Source of the DNA: Macrostomum lignano
Lineage: Eukaryota
Direction of reading: 5' to 3'
NCBI GenBank assembly: GCA_002269645.1
Contig: NIVC01000500.1
Coordinates: forward strand, 186,001-250,000
DNA length: 64,000 nt
Shown piece after piece: positions 24,069-34,345 of this stretch. The position numbers were made by a program, and so were the translations under genes. Numbering within the stretch: position 1 is the first letter of the stretch; the number at the start of each line of letters is the position of its first letter. The notes beneath the pieces are model-generated. The model was not told where the DNA came from and did no database searches. It saw only the letters and a program-made list of their open reading frames with translations.

Positions 24069-24236
24069 GGAGTTTGAAGGCGGCCAGTTTAAAGCGACTC
24101 AAACGAGCCATTTATTTACCCTGCAAGGCCCAGAAAGAGATCGAAATTCTGCTGCAAATTAACGAGGCAAGTAAAAGCAATTCAAACTCGAAGCAGCGAA
24201 AGCAGCAGATCAGAAAGAAACAACATCCAACAAGAG

Positions 24237-26469
24237 ATGCCGTCAAGCAGCGCTCTGTCCCAATCCTCCGGTGGTCGCCGGGCCCAGCAACAGCGCTACC
24301 GGACCATCTGCCCGCACTCCACAGTCGACGAGAGTCTGTTCGGCGAGCCCCATCGGGTCACTCAGCGCAAGGATCACCAGAAGCAGCAGCAGGCGGCCGG
24401 TGGGGACGCCATCGAACGAGAGGCCGCCCAACGTCAGGCGCGTCGCCGTCAGCGTCTGAGCGGCAGCCCGCCTCGGGAGCGCGTCCAGGTGGTGACCAAA
24501 GACCTCATCCGTGACCTGATCGTGCCGCACGAGGATCCGAGCGGCAACTCGCTGGTGCTGCCGTTCTCCGAGTACCTGCGCATTAAGGCCAAGAGCCGCT
24601 TCTCGACCGAGGAGGAGCGCGAGGCGCAGCACCAGGCCGCCAAGAGGCACGAGGAGGAGGAGCAGGACGCCGTGATGCAGCGCAAGAACAAATTCAAGCA
24701 GTTGGACGTGAGCAGGAAGAAGAGCGAGAAGCTCACGGATCTGGAGGAGGAGGCCAAGGAGAAGGCGGAGCACCTGCTGCAGAAGGCGATGCTGCAGCGT
24801 CAGGAGCAGGAGGACGAGATCAAGCGGCTCAACGAGCTCATTCTCAATGCCAAATGCCACGCCATCCGCGACGCCCAGATTCTCGAGCGCGAGGAGATGG
24901 GCCGCGAACTACGCGACGAGGAGGTGCGTCTGGACGAGATGATGGAGATCGACAGGCGCAACGCCATCCGCATCCAGGAGGAGATCGAGAAGAAGCGGCG
25001 CGAGAACGAAATGGTCGGCGCCTCGAAGATTGTGGAGCAGATTCACGAGAACGAGCAGGACAAACTGCTCGAACTCGAGCGCAAAGATCAGGAGAACGTG
25101 GCCATGGCCAAGTACCTGGAGCGCCTGATGGAGGAAGAGAAGGTGAAGCTGGAGCGGAAGCGAGCTGAGCAGGACCGGCTGAGAGAGGAACTCAACAAAG
25201 CCAACGAAGAAATCATGAAGCGCAGGGAGGTCGTGAAGGTCCAGGAGAAGGCCCTGGAGGAGAAGGTGCTGCAGTTCCAGCGCGACAAAGCCGAAAGGGA
25301 GGCCGCCTACGAGGCGGAGCAGGAACGAATCAAGGCCGAGAAGGAAAAGGAGGTGGCCCGACTCCGCGCTATGCAGGAGCGGGCGAGCGACGAGCAGGCT
25401 GAGCGGGACGCGCTGAGGGCGAAGCGGGCGGCTGAGGCAGCCGAACGCGAGTGGCGCCGCAAGGAGGCCGAGGAGGCCCTGAAGAGGAAAGAAGTGGAGG
25501 CCGACCTGCAGGTGAGTTTTTCACTTCACTTTAGTTGTTCAGTTGTTATAGGATGTTTAATCCCCCGTCCCTAAACTCGTTCCCGTCACAAACCCTCAGA
25601 ACCCCAGCCCCGCCACAGCCTACACCCCGGAATTTCTACCCCAGCCCCGCCACAGCCTACACCCCAGAATTCCTACCCCAGCCCCGTCACAGCCAGCCCC
25701 CTCAGAACTCCTACTCCAGCCCCGCCACAGCCTACACCCCAGAATTCCTACCCCAGCCCGTCACAGCCAGCCCCTTCAGAACTCCTACCCCAGCCCCGCC
25801 ACAGCCTACACCCCAGAATTCCTACCCCAGCTTCGTCACAGCCAATCCCTCAGAACTCCTACCCCAGCCCCGCCACAGCCAACCCCCAGAACTACTAGAC
25901 CCGGCCTCGACACAGTTAACCCTGCCCCTTCCCTGCCACAGACAACCCCAAGAAGTCCTCTCCCAGACCCGCCATAATCAACTCCCGAACTCCGAATCCC
26001 AGCCCCGTCACAGCCAACCCCCGGACTCCTACCCAGCCCAGCTTAACCGCGCCCCAACCTGTGACCTGCACACTCCCAGGAGGCCCGGGCGGCTCAGCTG
26101 TCCCAGAAGCAGCACTTCTTGGCGGCGCAGGCGGCTCGCGAGCGCGCGGAATTCGAGCGAGTCCTGAAAGCCCAGAAGGAGCTGATTGAGAAGGACAAGC
26201 GTGAAGAGGCCGATCACGACGTTCGCCGGAGAAAATACAACGACGAAATCCGTCGCCAGATTCAGCAGAAGGAGCGCGAAAAGATCCAGGAGCGCAACGC
26301 ATTCTTCGAGGAGGCAGTTAAGACCGATGAGGAGGCCAGACTGCGCAGGATGCGGCTTGAGGAGGCCAAGAATCGCAAATTGGCCGAACTGCGCGCGGCC
26401 GGCATCCCGGAGAAATACCTGGCCCAGGTGGAGCGCAAGATTCACCAGCCGCAGCACGTTTCCTCGTGA
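24237..26469 (+). CDS. CFAP45: Cilia- and flagella-associated protein 45 (CCDC19), ~554 aa
   Basis: Exons 24237-25511 and 26080-26469 (CAG|GTGAGT donor, CCCAG acceptor, phase 0). Motifs RYRT...VDESLFG, RDLIVPHEDPSG, ILNAKCHAIRDAQILE, EKEKEVARLRAMQE and LRAAGIPEKY recall human CFAP45. Confidence 0.93.
25590..26035. repeat. C-rich minisatellite (CFAP45 intron)
   Basis: CCCCAGCCCCGCCACAGCCTACACCCCAGAATTCCTA variants. Confidence 0.88.
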
Positions 26470-27337
26470 ACAGAACAAAATAATATTAATTTGTAATTTT
26501 GTAGTAGCAGGGGTTTGGCTTACAAAACATATTGGGAATTTTTATGTCTCCTGATGCTGTTCCCGTTCTCTTTCCTCCGTGTCTCTTAGCCCCGTCGTCC
26601 GATTCTGTCCGTCCCGGAGTTTTTTAATAAAAAAAATTCTATCGTTTTGTTATAATACGAACTATAACGAACTATAGACGCATTATAACAAAAATGGTTG
26701 CTTTGCTTGTCATAACAAAAAATTCAATTTTCATTCACTTTATAAGCATTGGTCTTTGAAGTGAAAAATCTGTTGAAAACTTTGTCACGAAATAATAATT
26801 TAAATCTACGGGATTTCTTAAAATGCGTAATATTTTAAACAAAATTTCCGTATTGGTCTGATTTGGATCATTTATTTGTACTTTTTCCGCCGAAACTGAA
26901 GCGTCAACAAATTTTAATAAAGGAAGCAAGTTTAGAAAACTTTCATGCTTCGCCCCTGTTAAGTTCTCAAGCTCTTGAGTTGAGTACCGAATAACTCATT
27001 GGCCAGGAAAAGGAAATTAAAGTTAATTTCAACGTTCGAATTTCGTAGTAGTGATTGCCTTATCGTGATCTTGTATTGTTGTCAGAAGTTTCTTCTACCA
27101 GTTGCAAAATTCATTTTTTACAATCCCACTAACGTCTGGCCTTAAAATTGTGAACCCAAAGTAAATTTTTATTGCCACAGAGCCTTATAATACTCGTATA
27201 TGAAATCCCAGCTCTTACTGCGTCTTATCAAACAGCAAAGCAAACCAATTGTACATGCGTAGAATGAAGTTAAACAAATATATGAATTTTGTTCTGAGCC
27301 ATAAATCTTTTCGATTTTACGTTGCAATTCTCTTCAG

Positions 27338-28110
27338 TGAATTCGGGCGATTCTCATGAGTGAATTCTGGGCGATTCTCATGAGTGAATTCGGGCGATTC
27401 TCATGAGTGAATTCGGGCGAATCTCATGAGTGAATTCGGGCGAATCTAATGAGTGAATTCTGAGCGATTCTCATGAGTGAATTCGGGCGATTCTCATGAG
27501 TGAATTCTGGGCGATTCTCATGAGTGAATTCTGGGCGAATCTCATGAGTGAATTCTGGGCGATTCTCGTGAGTGAATTCGGGCGATTCTCATGAGTGAAT
27601 TCGGGCGATTCTCATGAGTGAATTCTGGGCGAATCTCATGAGTGAATTCTGGGCGATGCTCATGAGTGAATTCGGGCGATTCTCATGAGTGAATTCGGGC
27701 GAATCTCATGAGTGAATTCGGGCGAATCTAATGAGTGAATTCTGAGCGATTCTCATGAGTGAATTCGGGCGATTCTCATGAGTGAATTCTGGGCGATTCT
27801 CATGAGTGAATTCTGGGCGAATCTCATGAGTGAATTCTGGGCGATTCTCGTGAGTGAATTCGGGCGATTCTCATGAGTGAATTCGGGCGATTCTCATGAG
27901 TGAATTCTGGGCGAATCTCATGAGTGAATTCTGGGCGATTCTCATGAGTGAATTCGGGCGATTCTCATGAGTGAATTCGGGCGATTCTCATGAGTGAATT
28001 CTTGGCGATTCTCATGAGTGAATTCTGGGCGATTCTCATGAGTGAATTCCGGGCGATTCTCACGAGTGAATTCCGGGCGATTTTCATGAGTGAATTCCGG
28101 GCGATTTTCA
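27338..28110. repeat. 22-23-bp minisatellite with internal palindromes
   Basis: GAATTC(T)GGGCGATTCTCATGAGT; contains GAATTC and CTCATGAG. Confidence 0.95.
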
Positions 28111-28654
28111 TGGATGGATTGGGGGAGAGAGTCACAGCAATGTCAAATACCGGGTATTTGCCCCTCAAAAGACCCTTTTGAGAATTTTCACAGCATGGGA
28201 ATACTATGTATGTAGTTATTTTCAAGTTCAAATTAGGTCAACTCTCGAAACAGATCATGCTGAATGTGCATCGTAAATCTTAGGTTAAGCTTCGGCTTTT
28301 GAGAATCCTAGCTTTTAAGGGATTTAACTCGCAACAGATGAGGAAAGCTGCATTGAGTTCTTGCAGATTTGTGACTCCGAGGTGGTAATCAAGAGTTTCT
28401 TAAAACACTATGGGTAGTGAAGTAACCTGGCTCAAGTCACAAAAGAGATAATTATACATAGCGAGTTATACTTAGCCCTGTTTAGGTTCCTTTGCTCAAG
28501 AGCAAGCATGGATAAGAGTAACAATTATGAAGTTTAGTGAGTCCTTTTTTAGCCAAGCAGTGCTTGATTATTTACTTTAGCATAGCCAGTAGGACAGACC
28601 AAGGGCAAACCGACAGACGGGAAGATACAGAATGGAGACGGGGGCGTTTCAAAA

Positions 28655-29550
28655 GCTCGAAACCTCACAACCACAAGCTCGAAACCCCACAATCGCAAGC
28701 TCAAAACCTCACATTCTCAAGCTCGAAACATCACAATCTCAAGCTTGAAACCTCACAATCTCAAGCTCGAAACATCACAATCTCAAGCTTGAAACATCAC
28801 AATCTCAAGCTCGAAACGTCACAATCTCAAGCTCGAAACATCACAATCACAAGCTCGAAACGTCACAATCTCAAGCTCGAAACATCACAACCACAACGAA
28901 GAAACGTCACAACCACAACGAAGAAACGTCACAATCTCAAGCTCGAAACGTCACGATCTCAAGCTCGAAACGTCACAATCTCAAGCTCGAAACGTCACAA
29001 TCACAAGCTCGAAACTTCACAACCACAAGCTCGAAACGTCACAATCTCAAGCTCGAAACGTCACAACCACAACGAAGAAACGTCACAATCAAGAAACGTC
29101 ACAATCAAGAAACGTCACAATCAAGAAACGTCACAATCAAGAAACGTCACAATCAAGAAACGTCACAATCAAGAAACGTCACAACCACAACGAAGAAACG
29201 TCACAACAACAACGAAGAAACGTCACAACCACAACGAAGAAACGTCACAACCACAACGAAGAAATGTCACAACCACAACGAAGAAACGTCACAACCACAA
29301 CGAAGAAACGTCACAATCTGAAGCTCGAAACCCCACAATCGCAAGCTCGAAACATCACAATCTCAAGCTCGAAACATCACAATCTCAAGCTTGAAACATC
29401 ACAATCTCAAGCTCGAAACGTCACAATCTCAAGCTCGAAACGTCACAATCACAAGCTCGAAACTTCACAACCACAAGCTCGAAACGTCACAATCTCAAGC
29501 TCGAAACGTCACAACCACAACGAAGAAACGTCACAAGCTCGAAATTCACA
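28655..29550. repeat. ~18-21-bp minisatellite
   Basis: TCACAATCTCAAGCTCGAAACG / TCACAACCACAACGAAGAAACG variants. Confidence 0.92.
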
Positions 29551-30514
29551 ATCGTGGAAAACCATAGAATAGTCTTGTCGGCTGACAGTTTAAAATGAAT
29601 TCGATAATGTGAAATTTGAGCTTGTCTGTCAGCGACCGAACCGAGACAGACAAAGCATTCCGACTGAAAACGGACACAAAATGAAGCAACAAGGACGCCA
29701 GCTAGCAGGTTCCGACAAAAAGAGTAAAGAGAAAAGTTGGTTTGCAGTCTTTTGGAATTCAATTCGCATTAAAATGAAAATGCAGAGCTAAAAGAAGCCG
29801 TGCAGCATGCAGTTGCACCAGTCACCCTTAATAACAGTTAAATGAGGCATGGGTAAGTAGGCAAGGAAGGGAAGCGAGGGCACCTGTCGATCTGGCCAGG
29901 CAAGCAAGATTTCGCTTCAAACAGCAAGAAAATGAGCACGAACCACGAGCAAGCCCGCTCAGTGTAATTCCGATTCCTGACTTTGTTTCGGAAATTTACC
30001 TTGGGTCATCATCGATTGGATTATTTGTTTTCTCAGCAGCGCACTGCTCGTTCGTGTGCGAAAATCCTCGCCGTTGTCTCTTCATGGACAGTTCCGATTC
30101 AGACAAAGAAATCGCCGCGGTAAGGTGAGCTTGCACACAGCTGCTCAAATGATTCTGCGGGAAATTTCTTCGTTAAACGTGAGCTGGCATGCTTTACTGT
30201 TTAGGCAGCAGGCGATCGTCCTCCTTGTAAGACGATAGCCAATGTGGCGAAAATAAAAGCAGACAGATGCTTGCTTGATCCTGGCATTTTCTACTCGACT
30301 TGAGCAAGAAGGCAAGATAAATACCCTTATTTCATGTTAGTTATGCTTTCAGTATATTAAATCAACTTAAGAGCAAATATGTATCTATTTTTACGCAACT
30401 TCCTACTAGAAGTAATAGAAACACAAAAGTAATAAATACAGTGGTTTAGATTGCGTATTTGTCGCAACTGCTGGTGTTGAGAGTAAACAAGCAAGATCGG
30501 GATTCCCTAAACTT

Positions 30515-30795
30515 AATTTCAAGATTTCCACAAATTCAAGATCGGGATTCCCCAAACTCAAGATTGTGATTCCTTAAAATCATGATCGGCATTTCCCCAC
30601 CTCAAGATCGGGATTTCCCCAAACTCAAGATCGGGATTTCCTAAACTCAAGATCGGGATTTCCCCAAACTCAAGATCGGGATTTCCCCAAACTCAAGATC
30701 GGGATTTCCCCAAACTCAAGATCGGGATTCCCTAAACTCAAGATCGGGATTCCCTAAACTCAAGATCGGGATTCCCCAAACTCAAGACAGGAATT
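30515..30795. repeat. 21-22-bp minisatellite
   Basis: CAAGATCGGGATTCCCCAAACT variants. Confidence 0.9.
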
Positions 30796-30840
30796 CCATA
30801 AAATCCAAAAAGTCCGTAACATAAGCGAGTTAAAAAGTGG

Positions 30841-32312
30841 CTACTTATCGCCCCCATTCAGTTTGTCGCTTTCACTGTCAGAGAAAATCCCTTTTAAAGG
30901 ATAGTTGGGATCTTCAGTCGGATCAAAGCTGACTGACTGACTGAAACGCAGGCATCGCGGCTTCATCTGCTGCTCGTTGGCAACCTTTCTAACCAGGGCC
31001 TCGCGGTCCAGGCCATAGACGGTGAGGTTTTTGGAGTTGAAATTCTCCGCATTGTCGGACTCCGAGGGCTTCGGCGCACATGTTTTCTGCCGTTTAACAG
31101 GTGACAATTTTCGCTCATCAACAGGGCTTGTACAGTTCTTTGAGGCGTGCCTCCGACTCTTCCACCGTTTCAAATCGATCTTTAAGTTTGGCCAATTCCA
31201 ACAGTCTGTCAACAGCTGCTTGGCCACCAGAACCGGCGGTGCGATCGATGCTGAATATTAACGGCGGCACTGTGGACATCAGCATGCGCTGGTGCAGCTG
31301 GCTTCTGAAATGTCGATAAATTTGTCGATAGAAGCGTCGATAAATATGTCGATAAAAATGCCAATAAATATGTTGACAGAATTGTCGATAAATATGTCGA
31401 TAGAAGTGCTGGTAAATTTGTCGATAGAAGCGTCGACAAATATATGGACATAATTGTCGATAAATATGTCGGTAGAAATGTCGATAAATATGTCGGTAGA
31501 AATGTCGATAAATATGTCGGTAGAAATGTCGATAAATATGTCGGTAGAAATGTCGATAAATATGTCGGTAGAAATGTCGATAAATATGTTCATAGAAGTA
31601 TCGATAAATATGTCAATAGAAGAGTCGATACATGCCACTAAATATGTATCTTTTGTGTCGAAAAAAAGTCGCTAAACGTGTCGATAGACATGACTAAAGA
31701 CACAAATACTGAAGCAGAGCAAAGCAATTAAAGCAAACGCACCGAATTTCCGACGCATTGGAAAGCAGAGCGGCGTCAATCTCGGAGTCCAGTTCGGGAC
31801 TGCCTGTTGTCATCCAACTGACTTGCACCTTGGTCAGGTTGATGTCCATTCTCACCTGAATAAAATAGGAGATAGGTAGCCGTATCTTCAAAGGCATAAA
31901 CTGAGGATCTGGGAGGCTGGCCCAGCAACTGAGGATCTGGGAGGCTGGCTTAGCAACTGAGGATCTTGGGAGGTTGGCCCAGCAACTGATACTCTGGGGA
32001 CAGCGAGTTTCACACCTTGCTAATCTGAACACTCTGCAAGCAGCGACCAACGCAGCCGGAGATGAAGACCTCCTGCAGGGCATTCCTCAGCATGCTGGAC
32101 AGCACAATGCTGCGCTTCTCCTTCTGCAAATTGACCGGTCGGTTGCGCAAAGCCGCCTTCTCCATGTCTGACTTGTCTTTCCGCTGCTTCTTCCGCTCCA
32201 GCCACTGGTGGTCTTCGAACCAGGGGTGCCTGCAGTTCACAGCGGTGCTGGATTTGAATATTATCTGTGTCTATCTATCTATCTATTTATCTATTTGTCT
32301 ATCTATCTATCC

Positions 32313-32343
<31 letters not shown>

Positions 32344-32795
32344 CATCTATCTGTCTATCCATCTATCTGTCTATCCATCTATCCATCTATCTGTCTATCC
32401 ATCTATCCATCTATCTGTCTATCTATCTATCTAGCTATCTGCCTATCCATGCTTGGGCGCAACCTAGGGATTCACCCGGCCGTTTCTATTGGCAACACAC
32501 ACATGTAAGTCGCTATTGGACAGAATAGTAGTCACGTGACTGCTCTCAGCCAATAGCGACTTACATGTGTGTGTTGCCAATAGAAACGGCCGGTGAATCC
32601 CTAGGTTGCGCATGTATCTGCCTATCAATCTATCTTATGAATTCACTTATCAATTTACACTTACTTTTTAACAGATGACAACTGGCGCGCACAACCGCTG
32701 ACGCCAAGCGCCTTGCAGAACACCGCAGTAGCAGCGCATGCAGAAGGCACGGATTGCAGCAAGTGCCGATAGAAACTTGTCAAAGTATAATGAGA
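30841..32795 (-). CDS. RBFA: Mitochondrial ribosome-binding factor A; no in-frame genomic ATG in the first exon, and an apparent 1-nt frameshift in the last exon
   Basis: Exons 32795-32665, 32247-32016, 31855-31743 and 31304-30841. The translation LRNALQEVF...VQISK|[14 protein letters not shown]...[12 protein letters not shown]|[20 protein letters not shown]...AVDRLLELA follows the RbfA fold. The +1 frame continues into VYGLDREAL, which resembles the C-terminal GIDHEAL motif of animal RBFA. Exon 1 reads like a mitochondrial presequence. Confidence 0.8.
31312..31690. repeat. 24-bp minisatellite (RBFA intron 3)
   Basis: TGTCGATAAATATGTCGGTAGAAA variants. Confidence 0.9.
31903..31990. repeat. 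28-bp minisatellite (RBFA intron 2), same family as 37690-37925
   Basis: GAGGATCTGGGAGGCTGGCCCAGCAACT, about 3 copies. Confidence 0.9.
32457..32611. repeat. Near-perfect inverted repeat (62-63-bp arms, 30-bp spacer) in RBFA intron 1; probable palindromic MITE
   Basis: GCGCAACCTAGGGATTCACCCGGCC...CGCTATTGG (32457-32519) mirrors CCAATAGCG...GGCCGGTGAATCCCTAGGTTGCGC (32550-32611) with a single 1-nt bulge. The spacer contains the palindrome AGTCACGTGACT. No clear TSD. Confidence 0.9.
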
Positions 32796-32879
32796 CTGCA
32801 AGACAGGTAAATAAATATACGTGTAGAAAAAATTATTGTACTATCTGCAATAAGTTAAAGATAAGATAAGATAAAAACG

Positions 32880-33120
32880 ACGACAGGTAAAGATAACGTT
32901 CAGGTGAGATAAGTCCGGCCAGCAGATAATTGGCAGGTGAGATAACAGTCAGGCTGGCAGATAATTGGCAGGTGAGATAACAGTCAGGCTAGCAGATAAT
33001 TGGCAGGTGAGATAACAGTCAGGCCAGCAGATAATTGGCAGGTGAAATAACAGTCAGGCCAGCAGATAATTGGCAGGTGAGATAACAGTCAGGCCAGCAG
33101 ATAATTGGCAGGTGAGATAA
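32880..33120. repeat. 35-bp minisatellite
   Basis: GCAGATAATTGGCAGGTGAGATAACAGTCAGGCCA. Confidence 0.92.
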
Positions 33121-33609
33121 GATTAATCAGCTGGAAAGGAGTTAGCCTTCTAAGAACAAAAATGGGTAATTTGGCTTATTTTTAAATATTCTGAACAGAA
33201 TCTGAGTCTGTGGGCTCAGGGCAAGATTATATTCTTAATTAAAATATGCTATTCAAATTATGTATTGGTTTGAAAACTTGATGGAAACCTAATTAATAGC
33301 ACCATTGGATTAGTGTAAACGCTGCTCAATCAATTACAAACAGAAGCTAAAAATAACAATTTTAAATCGCATGCATAATCAAAAAATGAATAATTTCAAT
33401 TTTACAAAATATTGAGGCAAGTAATGCTTAGGGAAATTACTCAGGCACATTGTTGCAACACACGAAATGCAGACAGGATTATCAAAACCCAGTAAAATTA
33501 ATTTGAGTCAAATAAATAAAACACAAAAATATTGATCAATTTGCAGTAAAATTAATCTGATTAGATTTTTAGAGTATTGAGAACTACCTACCTATTACTA
33601 AGGAAATTT

Positions 33610-34220
33610 AATAACTGCCAAACAGCTACTTCCGATATGCTAACAACTGCCAAACAGCTACTTCCGGTATGCTAACAACTGCCAAACAGCTACTTCCGAT
33701 ATGCTAACAACTGCCAAATAGCTATTTCTGGTAGGCTAATAACTGCCAAACAACTACTTCCGATCGCTAATAACTGCCAAACAGCTACTTCCGATCGCTA
33801 ATAACTGCCAAACAGCTACTTCCGATCGCTAATAACTGCCAAACAGCTACTTCCGATCGCTAATAACTGCCAAACAGCTACTTCCGATCGCTAATAACTG
33901 CCAAACAGCTACTTCCGATCGCTAATAACTGCCAAACAGCTACTTCCGATCGCTAATAACTGCCAAAAAGCTACTTCCGATCGCTAATAACTGCCAAACA
34001 GCTACTTCCGGTATGCTAATAACTGCCAAACAGCTACTTCCGATCGCTAATAACTGCCAAACAACTACTTCCGATCGCTAATAACTGCCAAACAGCTACT
34101 TCCGATCGCTAATAACTGCCAAACAGCTACTTCCGATCGCTAATAACTTCCAAACAACTACTTCCCATCGCTAATAACTGCCAAACAGCTACTTCCGGTA
34201 TGCTAATAACTGCCGAACAG
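33610..34220. repeat. 31-bp minisatellite
   Basis: AATAACTGCCAAACAGCTACTTCCGATCGCT. Confidence 0.95.
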
Positions 34221-34345
34221 CTTTTAATGGCATTTTAATTAGAATGATGCATTCAATTGATGAAAGTTTGAAACCATTCTGTACTATAAAATTGCAGAGA
34301 AAATGAATAATCAATCATTGAAAACCAGTAGATCCATTGTACACA

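Noticed and set aside
28537-29394. 285-aa ORF (KRHNLKLETSQ repeats)
   Set aside because: It is almost entirely the translation of a minisatellite and begins at a non-ATG codon.
30036-30124. Possible plus-strand micro-exon (MDSSDSDKEIAA…)
   Set aside because: Splice-like signals are present but there are no linked exons or recognisable homology; too short to support.
31115-31121. Tandem TGA TGA in RBFA as selenocysteine or readthrough
   Set aside because: The downstream conserved motif is in a different frame, so readthrough would not restore the protein.
32010-32240. 'CRHPWF' suggested a protein kinase C-terminus
   Set aside because: No kinase domain lies upstream; the exon splices in frame into RBFA-like sequence.
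32674-32806. Plus-strand exon-like segment (ttttaacAG … cag|GTAAAT) overlapping RBFA exon 1
   Set aside because: The ATG right after the acceptor hits a stop within 9 codons and I found no partner exons; the minus-strand reading explains the region.
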